Below are positions 1 through 14,908 of a stretch of 32,000 bases of DNA, piece by piece. The DNA is from Ureaplasma parvum serovar 3 str. ATCC 27815 (GTDB taxonomy: Bacteria > Bacillota_I > Bacilli_A > Mycoplasmatales > Mycoplasmoidaceae), in NCBI RefSeq assembly GCF_000019345.1, contig NC_010503.1, positions 90,001 to 122,000 on the forward strand. The letters run 5' to 3'. Position numbers and translations under genes: made by a program. Position 1 is the stretch's first letter. The number at the start of each line of letters is the position of its first letter. The notes beneath the pieces are model-generated. The model was not told the DNA's origin. It worked only from the letters and a program-made list of their open reading frames with translations, and did not search any database.

Positions 1-14
1 ATGAGATAAAAAAA

Positions 15-1007
15 CTAGTTTTTAAAAACTAGTTTTTTTAATTTTAATTCTTCATACATTTCTTTAATACGAGAATTAAAATGATTTAAACCACTTTTTG
101 AAATTTCAATATTAAACATCTGTTTTAATAAACAAGAAAGTTCATTTAATGAACAGTCTGGATTTTGTACTCGTAGTTCACAATACTTTAAAAATTTAGT
201 ACTTTGTTTGCAAAATTCATCGTGGTTTTTTTTTATTTCTAAAATCATTTCTTTAGTCAAAACCCCTGCTTTAGAACTTTTAGAAAGGTTAGAAATATCT
301 AAATTATTTAAACGTTGTTGTTGATTATTAAAATCACGTTGGATACGAATATTCTCAAATTCAAATAACGAATTTTGCGTACGGATCGCTTTTAAAAAAT
401 CACTGATTATCTCTGATTTTTTAAAATAAACAATGGTTTTTTTATTACGATAAATAATTTTATATTCTAAACCATAACGGGCTAAAGCCTTTGTTAATAA
501 TGGGATGTAATTATTTGAATCACAGCGAATTTCTAAATGATAGTTTTCAAGTGGGTGTGCAATTGAACCACCAGACAACATTGCACCAATTAAAAAATTT
601 GAACAATAGCGGTCTTTATGAAAATTTTCATTATTCGCATCATCAAATAGTTTTAAAATTTCATCTAATTTATCCAAATCACCTCAAAGTAATAGCGAAT
701 AATTAGTACGAGTTTTATTTAAATGGTCAGGCTCAAACATAATCTCATATTCAATATTTAAATTATTAAAATAATCTAAACCATTTAAAATAAATTCAAT
801 AATTTGTAAATTTTGAGATTTAATAATTCAAGTTAGTTTTTGACCAATTTTAATGGTTAAATTATTACGAAAAAACGAATATAAAATAACTTTATAGTCT
901 GTGGATGAATAATCAGTGTTAGTATAAATATCTTCTTTAACAAATTCACTAAACGTGAATTTGTTAGAATCATTATCAATTATTTCTTGTAATGTACTCT
1001 TTGGCAT
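15..1007 (-). CDS. whiA: WhiA-family DNA-binding regulator
   Basis: Track ORFs 15..677 and 828..1100 share one frame. They join through in-frame TGA codons at 684-686 and 828-830, checked codon by codon with no TAA/TAG between. It has the LAGLIDADG-like '[12 protein letters not shown]' and the C-terminal HTH '[15 protein letters not shown]' typical of WhiA. I chose the ATG at 1005-1007, which overlaps the trxB 3' end by about 32 nt, so the start is uncertain. Confidence 0.8.
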
Positions 1008-1902
1008 AAAGTGCTGCAATGACTCCATCATTTGTAGCAGTCGCAATTTGTCGAACATTTTTATCAACAATATCACCGGCTGCAAAAATACCACAAACAC
1101 TAGTTTGCATATTTTTATCAGTTGTAATAAATCCGTTTACCTCATTAAAAATACATAAATTATTTGTATTAATTCTTGAAGGCAATAGGCCAATAAAAGT
1201 GAAATTAGCTTCAATATTTAGTGTAGTTACTTCGTTTGTGATTAAATCTCTAAATTTTAAACCTTCTAAAAACTGATGACCAAAAAATTCGAATGTTTGT
1301 TTATTGTAATAAATTTTTATATTAGGTGTGTTATTTGCAATTTGTACTAATTGTTGTTCTGCTTTAAATTGTGGTTTATTGGCAATTAAATGAACTTCTT
1401 TAGCAATTGTAGCTAAATATATGGCCTCTTCCACAGCAGAGTTACCAGATCCAATCACAGAGACAGCTTTATTTTTATAAAGTGGTCCATCACAAATAGC
1501 GCAATAACTAATTCCCTTGTTTTCAAATTCTAATTCACCTAAAATGTTTAACCGTCTATTTTCTGTTCCTGTTGCAATAATTACAGTTTTAGTAATTAAT
1601 GTTTGTGTAGTTAATTTAATTTTTTTATATTTTTCTTTTAAAGATATTTCATCAGCAGCTTCATAAATAATAGAAACATTTAAATTTAAGACTTGTTCGT
1701 ACATTTTATAAGCCAATTCAGGTCCTGGAATACTATTGATACCTAAATAATTTTCTACATTTGATGTTAATGCTATTTTTCCTCCTGGGAATTGTTTTTC
1801 AACAATGATCACATTTAATCCAGAACGTTTAGCATAAACAGCAGCAGCTAAACCGGCTGGACCTGCGCCAATGATTACTAAATCGTAAACTTCTTGATTC
1901 AT
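976..1902 (-). CDS. trxB: thioredoxin-disulfide reductase
   Basis: Intact 308-aa ORF. It has the FAD-binding 'GAGPAG' motif near the N-terminus, the redox-active 'CAICDG', and an NADPH-site '[10 protein letters not shown]'. Confidence 0.93.
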   Translation of the reverse strand: MNQEVYDLVIIGAGPAGLAAAVYAKRSGLNVIIVEKQFPGGKIALTSNVENYLGINSIPGPELAYKMYEQVLNLNVSIIYEAADEISLKEKYKKIKLTTQTLITKTVIIATGTENRRLNILGELEFENKGISYCAICDGPLYKNKAVSVIGSGNSAVEEAIYLATIAKEVHLIANKPQFKAEQQLVQIANNTPNIKIYYNKQTFEFFGHQFLEGLKFRDLITNEVTTLNIEANFTFIGLLPSRINTNNLCIFNEVNGFITTDKNMQTSVCGIFAAGDIVDKNVRQIATATNDGVIAALYAKEYITRNN

Positions 1903-1920
1903 TTAAAATCCTTTTCTTTA

Positions 1921-2928
1921 TTATTTATGACAATAAAATAAAAATTCTTCTGGCTTTCTTAATTCTCCAAATTTATGAATTTGGTCTTTCTTTTTATAAA
2001 ACATTTCAATAATTGCATCTAATAAGAATTTTTTTCTTAAAAGTGGCGCTATAAATTGTACATATAATGCACCTAATACACCAAAGATTAATAACAATGA
2101 ATTAATTATATAAGTTCCTTCAAAACTAAACTGTGGAGCACGAGCTGACTCCGTACTAAAACGAGTAACACCATAAAAGAAAAAATATGACATTGAAATA
2201 AAGCCTATTTTTAATTGTTTAATGTAAGACAAGCCAAAATAAATAAAAACAAAAACAATTACATTAAAGAATGATTCATATAGAAATAAAGGTTGATAAA
2301 TTGTAAATAGAGTTTTATTGCCCTCAATGAAATAATGTTTCATTCCTTCGAAAACAGCTGGCATAGCTTTTTTTAATCATTGTAAATCGTTAACAGTACT
2401 TTCAGCACCAAATATTTCACCGTTAATAAAATTTCCTCAACGCCCTAATGCCTGACCAATTAAAATTGTTGGAATAATAGCATCCGCATATATTCACATA
2501 CTAGGTTGGCGAATAACAACATTGCCATCAGCATCAATATCTCGAATGTGATATTTAGGCATGCGCAAAATAAGAGGAAAATAAACTGCAGCACTTAATA
2601 CCCCAGCAATCACCCCGCCTTGAATCGCTAACCCTCCACTTCTAAAATCAAAAAAATCTTTAGCATCACCGATTGCTAATGATCATAAACGAGCACCAAT
2701 AATTGTCATGGGAATTGCTAAAAAAATATAATAAAATCCTGGATCATAAGGCACTTTATAATGAAATTTTAAACGTAGACTATATGTTAGTATAGCAATT
2801 AAAAAACCGCATACAAAGATGATTCCATATCAATATATATTAAAATTGCTACCAATACTAAAAGCTACTCGATGTGCAACAACATCATTAACTAATGTGC
2901 TTTCTGGATTAATAATTTCTAATTGCAT
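1921..2928 (-). CDS. lgt: prolipoprotein diacylglyceryl transferase
   Basis: The track ORF 1921..2364 extends upstream through 5 in-frame TGA (Trp) codons to the ATG at 2926-2928, verified line by line. Motifs 'GGLAIQGGV' and 'GRWGNFINGEIFG' are Lgt signatures. The protein is 335 aa. Confidence 0.92.
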
Positions 2929-3858
<930 letters not shown>

Positions 3859-3869
3859 TTATTATCTAC

Positions 3870-4862
3870 CTATTTCTCAATAACATTATGATCATCGATA
3901 ATATCAACATTAGAGTTGCTAATATTATCGCTTTTATTGTATGATATTAAACTAATTAATTCATCATCATTAACATGCATATAAATATTTTCTTGAACAC
4001 GATAAGCTTTTTCTTTATTAATTTGTTTACCAAAGAATTTGATTAATGAAATGATTTTATTTTCACTTGGATTAATAATTTTATGATCAATTAAAAAGTA
4101 GTAAATTAAATAATATTGAACCATATCGTCTTGACGAATAAAGTAGTCATATTTGTATTTATTTTTTTTAAATTCAATATATGATAAATCTATAAAATTA
4201 GCAAAAGAACTATGTTCTTTATTATATTTAATAACGAATTTTTTAAAATCATAAACCTCATTTAAACTTCAAGAACTAATTATTTTACGAACACGATTGC
4301 GTTCGTATATATCTAATTCATTTGTTTCGTCAATACCATACTTAATTTTATTTTCATCACAATAGCGTTGTAATGTTTGTTTACGCACAAATAAAACCGG
4401 ACGTTTAACAATTATGCCATTAATAACATTACTTTCCTTAATGCCATAAAATAAGGCTTTTGATTGGCGAGCTCGTTGCATATATGCCGTTTCTAAAAAA
4501 TCATCAAAATTATGCGCTATATACAAATTTTCAATATTATATTTTTTACCAATTTCTTTGAAAAAATCATAACGAATTAAACGTGCTTTTGTTTGAAAAT
4601 TATCAATATGACCATAACGTTCATAAACTTTTTCATCAACATCTAAAATTTCAATTATTAAATTATTTTTTCTACAAAAATCGACAACTATTTGCTGATC
4701 ACGATCGGATGATTCGCGTTTATGATAATTCACATGACAAACAACACGAATATTTCTTTTGTACATATTTAACATTGCCATAGAATCTGGACCACCAGAA
4801 ACAGCAGCTAAGTATTTTTTATTACTAATTCTATTAATTAAATTTGTTCATAACTTTATCAA
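3870..4862 (-). CDS. tilS: tRNA(Ile)-lysidine synthetase
   Basis: Track ORFs 3870..4124 and 4269..4781 share one frame and join through the TGA at 4269-4271, with the gap checked codon by codon. The PP-loop '[11 protein letters not shown]' lies just upstream of the track ORF start. No ATG is available. The candidate starts are TTG at 4860-4862, which overlaps the pth 3' end, or ATT at 4827-4829, so the 5' end is uncertain. Confidence 0.75.
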
Positions 4863-5394
4863 AATCTTCACCAATCGCTGCTAATGTAGCTAAAGCGCCC
4901 TTTATAATAGCTGGTTTAATTATAACTAATTCGTCAATCTTAAAATTCGATAAGACATATTGATCTAATTTTATATGTGGATCTTTATCAATTCCTATAC
5001 GAATGCGTTTAATTTCATCTGTTTTTAAAATGTTAATAATATTTTTAATTCCATTTTGCCCTCCTGAGGACCCCTTTTTTCTCAATTTTATCGTTCCTAA
5101 TTTCGTATCAACATCATCATAAATAACTATTAAATTTTTAATTGGAATATTATAAAAATTAAGCATTTTGATAACAAATTCACCACTTAAATTCATGTAA
5201 GTTGTTGGTTGACAAAAAAACACTATGGAATTGTTATAAATTGTTTTAGTAAAAATTCCATTAAATTTTGAACTATCTAGAGACAAATTAAGTTTGTTGC
5301 AAATCTCATTAATAACCATAAAGCCAACATTATGTCTTGTTTTTGCATAGTTTGATCCTGGATTACCTAATCCAACAATTAAATATTTTTCCAC
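4834..5394 (-). CDS. pth: peptidyl-tRNA hydrolase
   Basis: Intact 186-aa ORF. The N-terminal '[21 protein letters not shown]' is the classic Pth signature. Confidence 0.93.
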
Positions 5395-5615
5395 ATTTAA
5401 TACCCATATTATAAACGTACAATGTTTATAAATCTCTTCAATAAAATTATTATATAATAGATGAATTTTAAGTTATGCACATTTAAACACTTAATAATAA
5501 TATTAATAATTAAAAATAAATAAATAAAAAATAAATTATATTTTAAAGCATCACGCTTTTTTGAATTTATATCTTTTATAATATAAATAATAAAAAATGA
5601 GGATTTTAATAAAAC

Positions 5616-6755
5616 ATGGAAGTTTTTATTTCTATAAAAAAATTAATTGAAGCAATAAAATTTAGTACAACAATTGCTAATACAAACAATGCAAATGCTT
5701 TATTATTAGGTGTTTTGATTGAAGTTAGTCAAAATAAAATTAGTTTTAAGACGACAAATAATCAAGTGAGTGGTTATAAAGAAATTACTGAAGGATTTGA
5801 ATATTTTAATAGTGGAAAAGTTTTAGTTACAGCTAAGATTATTTTAGGATTAATTTCTAAGCTTAAAGATAAATCTGTTTTATTAAAACAAATTGACACA
5901 AATATTTTATTAATTAAAACTGAAAATTTTGAAACTCAAATTAATACAATGAATATTGAAGGCTTTCCTAATTTAAACTTTAGTTTAGAAGATTACGTTA
6001 AAATCAGTTTGCCGCATCAAATTATGCAAGAGATTAATACAAAGGTTTTACCCAACGTTTTGAACAGTCAAGGAATTGAAAAAATTCAACCGATTTCTGG
6101 AATTTTGATTGATACTCAAACTTTAGAAAATAAGTTGATTGCTATTGGTACAGATAAAATTAAAGCTTCATGTTTAATAAGAGAATATATGGGTGAAAAA
6201 TTTAAATTTATTGTCTCTTATTCAACAATGAAATTGATTATCGAAATCCTTAAAAATGTTGAATATAGTAATAATCAAACTGTTGATTTTTATGTTCGAA
6301 GTAGAAGTTTAATTTTTAAAATTAATGATGCAATTTTACAAACAAGAATGATTGATGGTGTTTATCCAAATATTTACTCAATTTTTGATGAAACAAATGA
6401 AGAAAATACATATGTTTTTGATCGTCGTTTATTGATAGAAATTATTGAACGGGGTATGAATATTGTTATGCAAGAACAAAACCCTAAAATTAGTATTAGA
6501 ATAGACAAAAATGAAGCAGAAATCAGTTTAACAACTTTTGAAATTGGTAATATGAAAGAAAAAATGTCAATAGTTAATTTAAACAATAAAAGTGCTGAGT
6601 TTATTTTAAACCCTAGTTTGCTAGCTCATGTTTTAAAAAATTTTGATAACAACGATGTAACTTTTAAAGTTAAAGATGAAATTTTAAGACCTATTATTTT
6701 TATCGATACCAAAGATGTTGGATTTAAACAGATTTTATCAAGAATAAAAAATTAA
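5616..6755 (+). CDS. dnaN: DNA polymerase III beta subunit (sliding clamp)
   Basis: Intact 379-aa ORF with a GAGGA SD about 10 nt upstream. Its length, N-terminal 'I..L..AI' pattern and position upstream of yaaA-gyrB-gyrA fit dnaN. The sequence is divergent, so the call rests partly on synteny. Confidence 0.85.
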   Translation: MEVFISIKKLIEAIKFSTTIANTNNANALLLGVLIEVSQNKISFKTTNNQVSGYKEITEGFEYFNSGKVLVTAKIILGLISKLKDKSVLLKQIDTNILLIKTENFETQINTMNIEGFPNLNFSLEDYVKISLPHQIMQEINTKVLPNVLNSQGIEKIQPISGILIDTQTLENKLIAIGTDKIKASCLIREYMGEKFKFIVSYSTMKLIIEILKNVEYSNNQTVDFYVRSRSLIFKINDAILQTRMIDGVYPNIYSIFDETNEENTYVFDRRLLIEIIERGMNIVMQEQNPKISIRIDKNEAEISLTTFEIGNMKEKMSIVNLNNKSAEFILNPSLLAHVLKNFDNNDVTFKVKDEILRPIIFIDTKDVGFKQILSRIKN

Positions 6756-6892
6756 AGAAAACAGTTTATTATTATTTAAATATTAATATTTTTCTAATAA
6801 ATATCACTTACATTTACTAGTTGTTTAACCAAATTTTTAATATTTTATATATGTTATAATAAATATGTATTACTACAAATATTTTAAGACCT

Positions 6893-9075
<2,183 letters not shown>

Positions 9076-9096
9076 AATTGAGGTATATAAAATATT

Positions 9097-11619
9097 ATGG
9101 CATTAAAAAAACCAAAAAAAAGTCGTTTAACCACCGAAGAAATTAAGCAACAATTAGAAGGTTCAACGATTAAAGAACAATCAATTACAAAAGAAGTCGA
9201 AACATCATTTTTAGATTATTCAATGTCTGTAATCGTTGCACGTGCTTTGCCTGATGTGCGTGATGGATTTAAGCCCGTGCATCGCCGAGCTTTATTTGCT
9301 GCTTTCGAAAACGGAATGACACATGATAAGCCTTATAAAAAATCTGCACGTTGAGTTGGGGATGTAATTGGAAAATATCATCCACATGGAGATCAAGCTG
9401 TTTATCAAACTATTGTAAGAATGGCACAAGACTTTTCAATGCGTTATTTATTAGTTGATGGTCATGGTAATTTTGGTTCGATTGATGGTGATAGTGCAGC
9501 TGCGATGCGTTATACAGAAGCACGATTATCAAAAATCTCTTATGAATTATTAAAATACATTGATAAAGAAACAGTAGATTTTGTACCTAATTATGATGCA
9601 TCAGAACAAGAACCAAGTGTTTTACCATCAGGTTTTCCAAATTTATTAACAAATGGAACTACAGGAATAGCTGTTGGGATGGCAACAAATATTCCACCAC
9701 ATAATTTAACTGAAGTTTGTCAAGCAATAAAAGCTTATGCTAAAAACCATAATGTTACTATTTCTGAAATTATGGAATATCTAAAAGGTCCTGATTTTCC
9801 AACAGGCGCTGAAATTTATGGTGATAGCGGTATTATTAAATATTTTAATACAGGTCGTGGTTCAGTAACAATTCGTTCAAAATATGAAATTGAAGATATT
9901 GGGCAAGGACGTGTAGCAATTGTTGTGACAGAAATTCCTTATATGGTTAATAAAGCTAATTTAATTGAAAAAATTGTTGAATTAGTAACAAACAAACAAA
10001 TCGAAGGAATTTCTGATTTACGTGACGAGTCAAGTCGTGATGGAATTCGAATTGTTATTGAAGTTAAACGTGATGTTATACCTGAAGTTTTATTAAACAA
10101 ATTATTTAAAACAACACCTTTACAAACAAATTTTAGTGTTAATAATTTAGCTTTAGTTAATGGTGTACCAATGGTATTAAACATTAAGGAAATGATTAAA
10201 TACTATTTTGAACACCAAATTGAGATTTTAGTAAGAAGAACAAATTTTGATTTAAAAAAAGCAAAAGAACGAATTCATATTGTTGAAGGTTTAGTAATTG
10301 CTGTTAATAATATCGATGAAGTAATTAAAATTATTAAAGCCTCAGGTGATGATGATATTGCTTCAAAATCACTAATTCAACGTTTCGATTTAACAGAATT
10401 GCAAACGAAAGCAATTTTAGAAATGCGTTTACGCGCTTTAACAGGACTAAATATTGATAAATTAAAAAAAGAATATGAAGATTTAATATTAGTTATTAAA
10501 GATTTAGAAGATGTTTTAAACAACTACAATCGTCAAGTTAATATTATTTGTGAAAATTTAGATTATTTAATTGAAAAATTTGGTGATGAGCGTCGTACAG
10601 AAATTATGTATGGAGTTAGTTCGCATATTGATGATGAAGATTTAATACCAGTCGAAGATATTGTTGTAACAATGTCAAAACGTGGTTATTTTAAACGTTT
10701 GCCAATTGATACATATAAAAATCAACGACGTGGTGGTGTAGGTGTACAAGGATTAAAAACGTATGAGGATGATGATGTTGAAAAAATCTTAGTTGCTAAT
10801 ACCCATACAGATTTATTATTCTTTTCTGATTTAGGTCGTGTTTATCGATTACGAGGACATGAAGTACCATTGGGATCACGACAATCAAAAGGAATTCCAG
10901 CAATTAATTTTTTACCAATTGAAAAAAGTGAAAGCATTTTAACTATTTTACCAATAGATAATTATGATCAAGGTTCATTATTCTTTACAACAAGTAAAGG
11001 AATTATAAAACGAGCTAATCTAAGTGATTTCGAGTCAATTCGTGCTAATGGTAAAATTGCTATTACTTTAAAAGATGGTGATAAATTATTTTCAGTAATG
11101 CAAACACTAGGTAATGATGAAGTATTTATCGGCGCATCAAATGGTAATGTAATTCGTTTCAATGAAAATGATGCACGTGAAATGGGAAGAATTGCGACAG
11201 GTGTTAAAGGAATTAATTTAGAAAATGATGAATATGTTGTAGGAACAGGGTTATCTAGTCATGGAGAATATGTTTTAGCTGTTGGTTCTAAAGGATTAGG
11301 TAAATTAACTGACATCAATGATTATCGTTTAACTAAGCGTGGAGCAAAAGGTGTTAATACACTAAAAGTAAATGATAAAACAGGTAACTTAGTAAGTATT
11401 AAAGTTGTTAATCGTGAAGAAGAAGCTTTAATTATTACAACTAGTGGAAAAGTTATTCGTTTATCGATTAAAGACATTAGTGTAATTGGAAGAAATACAT
11501 CAGGAGTTAAATTAATTTCATTAGAAAATAAAGAAGAAGTAAAATCAATTGCTATCTTTAAAAAAGAAGAAATTAATGATGAACAATTATTACAAGAAAA
11601 TGATTACAATCTAAAATAA
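9097..11619 (+). CDS. gyrA: DNA gyrase subunit A
   Basis: Track ORFs 9097..9354 and 9421..11619 join through one TGA. It has the active-site '[11 protein letters not shown]' and the GyrA-box 'QRRGGVG' in the C-terminal domain, which argues for gyrase rather than ParC. The protein is 840 aa. Confidence 0.97.
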
Positions 11620-11726
11620 ATGACAATAAAAACTACTTTAAAAAATAAAGTTATACTTTACTTTTTCTAAAAGTGGTTTTTATTATCTAAACTAATAATT
11701 ATTCAATTTGAAAGGATTTTAAAATA

Positions 11727-12197
11727 ATGAATGTGGCTTTAGAACTAATTAATTTACTAAAAGAAAGACGTTTAAGATTGAGTGTTTGCGAATCAGCAAG
11801 TTGTGGAGCTTTATCATCATCAATTGGTGAAGTTGCAGGTGCTTCAAGTGTTTTTGCAGGTGGTTTTATTAGTTATAGTAATGAAGTAAAAATTAAATTA
11901 GTAGGAGTGAGTGAAAAAACAATTTTTAAATATGGCGCTGTTTCTGAACAAACTGCTAAAGAAATGTGTTTACAAACAAATCAAAAGTTTAATACTGATA
12001 TTGCAATTTCAATTACAGGAAATGCTGGACCACAGGGAAGCGAAAATAAAGAAGTAGGTTTATTTTACATTGGAATCGCAATTAAAGATTTTGCAATTGT
12101 AAAAAAAGTCACATTAAATTCAAATGAACGTACTTTTAATCGTTTTTCTATAGCATGAGAAGCAATTAGTTATTTAATTGAATTGATAAAAAAATAA
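11727..12197 (+). CDS. cinA: CinA C-terminal domain / nicotinamide-nucleotide amidase-like protein
   Basis: The track ORF 11727..12158 continues through a TGA to the TAA at 12195-12197. 'LSVCESASCGALSS...ISYSNEVK...GAVSEQTAKEM' matches the CinA_C/PncC domain. It sits directly upstream of recA, as in Firmicutes. The N-terminal MoCF-type domain is absent. Confidence 0.8.
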
Positions 12198-12235
12198 TTT
12201 TACTAATTCTTTAAATAGGATAGGTGAATAAATTT

Positions 12236-13240
12236 ATGAAAGAAAATAATAATCTTGAGAAATTAGATCCAATTGCAACACTTGAAACAAAATTTGCTAA
12301 ATCATCTTATTTTATTGCTGATGAAATAAAAGATGAAAAAATTAATGCAATATCTACAGGATCAATTCATATAGATCAAATAACAGGAATTAATGGAATT
12401 CCAGTAGGAAAAATTACAGAAATTTATGGTAATGAATCATCAGGTAAAACTACAATTGCTTTACAAACAATTGCTGAATGTCAAAAAACTGGTGGGACAG
12501 TAGTTTTGTTAGATCTTGAGGGCTCATTTGATATTAATTATGCCAAAAGTCTAAAAGTCGATTTAACAAAATTAATCATTACGCAACCTCAAACAGGTGA
12601 ACAGGCTTTTGATATGATTGAAACATTGATTAAAACAAATTCAATAGATTTAATAGTTATTGATTCAGTTGCTGCAATGCTCCCAGAAAGCGAATATCAA
12701 GCAAATATGAATGAAGCATTGATGGGAGCACACGCTCGCTTAATGTCAAAAGGTTTACGTAAAATTCAACCATTAATTAATAAAAGTAAAACAGCCATTA
12801 TTTTTATTAATCAATTACGTGAAAAAATTAATACTTTTTTTGGCAATCCTGAAATGACCACAGGCGGTAAAGCTTTAAAATTTTATGCTAGTTTGAGAAT
12901 AGAAACCAAAAAAGCAGATTTAATTAAAGAGGGTATTAATAAAATTGGTATAAAAACAAAAGTAACAACAGTTAAAAACAAATTAGCACCACCGTTACAA
13001 ACATGTTTTATTGATATTTTTTTTGGTTCTGGTTTCGATTATAATAATGAAATTATAGATTTTGCAATCCAATATGGCGTCTTGAAAAAAAACGGTTCTT
13101 GATTTTATTTTAATGATAATAAAATAGGGCAAGGGCGAGAACAATTAAAAAATACACTATCAAAAAACAATGAACTTTTTATACAAATTTCAGAAAAAAC
13201 TTTGGAGTTTGTCAATAATGAAAAAAGCAATTGACAATAA
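12236..13240 (+). CDS. recA: recombinase A
   Basis: It has the Walker A 'GNESSGKTT', '[10 protein letters not shown]' and 'IFINQLREK'. The track ORF continues through TGA codons at 13100 and 13232 to the TAA at 13238-13240. I prefer the ATG at 12236 over the GTG at 12224. Confidence 0.93.
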
Positions 13241-13271
13241 CTTGTAATATAATTATTATTGGTGATATAAG

Positions 13272-14693
13272 ATGGGTTATTTAATAGCATTTATTATATT
13301 ACTAATATTATTTGTATTGCTGATTACCATTGTTCCAGTTGTAATGGTAGTTTATCTTAAGAAAAAACAACTGAAATTAACTTTTGTTCCAAAAAGCCAA
13401 ACTTCTTTTAAAAAAATAGTTCAAAAAACTAAAGATTTAGAAGAAGAATGTGAAGATTTAAATAATAAAAATAATGAATTAAAAAAAGCAATTAGTGATC
13501 AAAATTTACAAATTGATTTACTCAAAAAAAACAATGAAAATTTTTTACTAAATGCCACAAGTTTAACAGCTGAACAAGCGAAAAAAGAACTTTTTAATTT
13601 ATTAAAAATAAAATTTAAAAAAGAGCTTGCTCAAGAATATGCAAAAATTAAACACGAATTTAATGAAGCCCAAGAAATTTATGCTCAAAACATTCTAGTA
13701 GAAACAATGGAGCAAATTGCTGAGCCTTTAATTGTTGAAAGATCTTTATTTAATATTGACATTATTGATGAAAATCTAAAAGGAAAAATTATTGGACGTG
13801 ATGGACGTAATAAAGCAGTTTTTGAAAATGAAGGCGGAGTTGATCTAATTGTTGATCGACAACAGCCAATTGTAGGAATATCTACTCCAAATCCAATTCG
13901 TCGTGAAATAGCACGAATTGTTATGCAAAAATTAATTGATTCAAAAAATATTGATATTAATCGTATTGAATTACTTTTTAAAGAAGAACGTGAAAAGTTT
14001 GAAAAAAAAGTTTTTGAGATTGGTAAAAACGTCGTAGAACAAACATTAGGTTTTTTTGATTTACCTGAAGGAATTTATTCTTATATAGGGAGAATGAAAT
14101 TTCGTAATTCTTATGGTCAAAATATTTTATCCCATTCATTAGAAGTTGCTGAATATGCTGAACGAATTGCTAAATTAATTAATATTGATCCTATAAAGGC
14201 AAAAAAAGCTGCATTTTTTCATGATATAGGAAAAACGATTGATTTTGAAAGTGACCTAGATCATGTAGAAGCGGGATTATTGATTGCTAAGAAATTTAAT
14301 TTAGATGATTATATTTATAATGCAATTGAATCACATCATAACAAAGTAATTCCAACAACAATTTATGGTGCATTAGTTAAAATAGTTGATACGCTATCAG
14401 CAGCCAGACCAGGAGCACGTGTTAATTCTTATGATGAATATTACAGTCGTGTAAAAGAACTTGAAACAATATGTATGCGATTCGAAGGTGTTAAAAGCGC
14501 CTATGTCATTAAATCTGGTCGTCAATTACGTGTAATTGTTGATTCTAACTTGGTAAGTGATGAGCAATTAGAACTCTTAGGTCACGAGATCAAAGTTGCA
14601 ATTGAAGAAAATGATTTATTAACAAATTATAAAATTAAGATCGTTTTAATTAAAGAAAAAAGGATTTCAATTGACACAAATATTATTGGATAG
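13272..14693 (+). CDS. rny: ribonuclease Y
   Basis: Intact 473-aa ORF. It has an N-terminal TM helix, a coiled-coil region, the KH motif 'GKIIGRDGRN' and the HD-domain 'FFHDIGK...ESHH'. Confidence 0.92.
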   Translation: MGYLIAFIILLILFVLLITIVPVVMVVYLKKKQLKLTFVPKSQTSFKKIVQKTKDLEEECEDLNNKNNELKKAISDQNLQIDLLKKNNENFLLNATSLTAEQAKKELFNLLKIKFKKELAQEYAKIKHEFNEAQEIYAQNILVETMEQIAEPLIVERSLFNIDIIDENLKGKIIGRDGRNKAVFENEGGVDLIVDRQQPIVGISTPNPIRREIARIVMQKLIDSKNIDINRIELLFKEEREKFEKKVFEIGKNVVEQTLGFFDLPEGIYSYIGRMKFRNSYGQNILSHSLEVAEYAERIAKLINIDPIKAKKAAFFHDIGKTIDFESDLDHVEAGLLIAKKFNLDDYIYNAIESHHNKVIPTTIYGALVKIVDTLSAARPGARVNSYDEYYSRVKELETICMRFEGVKSAYVIKSGRQLRVIVDSNLVSDEQLELLGHEIKVAIEENDLLTNYKIKIVLIKEKRISIDTNIIG

Positions 14694-14708
14694 TATGAAA
14701 TAATAAAA

Positions 14709-14737
14709 AAGAAGCAAGACTACCTTGTTTCTTTTTT
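14709..14737. terminator. rho-independent terminator-like hairpin between convergent rny and the small minus-strand ORF
   Basis: The arms are 'aagaagcaag' (14709-14718) and 'cttgtttctt' (14724-14733), giving 10 bp with one G-U pair and a 5-nt loop. It is followed by a T-run and preceded by an A-run, so it could act in both directions. Confidence 0.5.
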
Positions 14738-14908
14738 ATTATTTTCTTTTATATGTTTTTTATCTGAATTTTTATTTAGATATTTTTGTTTTGTTTGCTC
14801 GTCGTTGCGTAATGCTTTTGAAATTCCTCAAATACCAAACGACAAACTAATAGCAAAAATAATACCAACGATCAATCAAATTTTTGATTTATTATTTGTC
14901 TTGCTCAT
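14720..14908 (-). CDS. hypothetical small membrane protein (62 aa)
   Basis: The ORF runs from ATG 14906-14908 to TAG 14720-14722 and has two in-frame TGA codons. It translates to 'MSKTNNKSKIWLIVGIIFAISLSFGIWGISKALRNDEQTKQKYL...', with one clear TM helix and a basic tail. It has no convincing SD and overlaps the kinase gene's 3' end by 17 nt. Confidence 0.3.

Noticed and set aside
9-40. Tandem palindromic 'aaaactagttttt' units at the extreme left edge, considered as a terminator or repeat element.
   Set aside because: The palindrome lies largely inside the whiA coding end (encoding ...KKLVFKN*). The window edge also prevents seeing the downstream context.
491-706. Many track ORFs lie antisense to, or out of frame within, confidently called genes. 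They are 491..706, 955..1158, 1019..1276, 3125..3337, 4583..4783, 6374..6586, 9939..10184, 10968..11162, 13105..13290, 15155..15493, 17242..17610, 18004..18192, 19786..19977, 19872..20090, 20335..20547, 21220..21528, 21612..21830, 21679..22056, 22252..22437, 22835..23110, 26269..26469 and 30375..30572.
   Set aside because: Each overlaps a gene with strong motif support on the other strand or in another frame. Their translations are low-complexity (Ile/Leu/Phe/Ser/Asn-rich), as expected from shadow frames of AT-rich coding DNA, and none shows a recognisable motif or SD.
5473-5481. DnaA-box-like 9-mer TTATGCACA in the pth/dnaN intergenic region, considered as a possible oriC.
   Set aside because: It is a single near-match with one mismatch to TTATCCACA. 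There is no cluster of boxes and no adjacent dnaA, so it is insufficient to call an origin.
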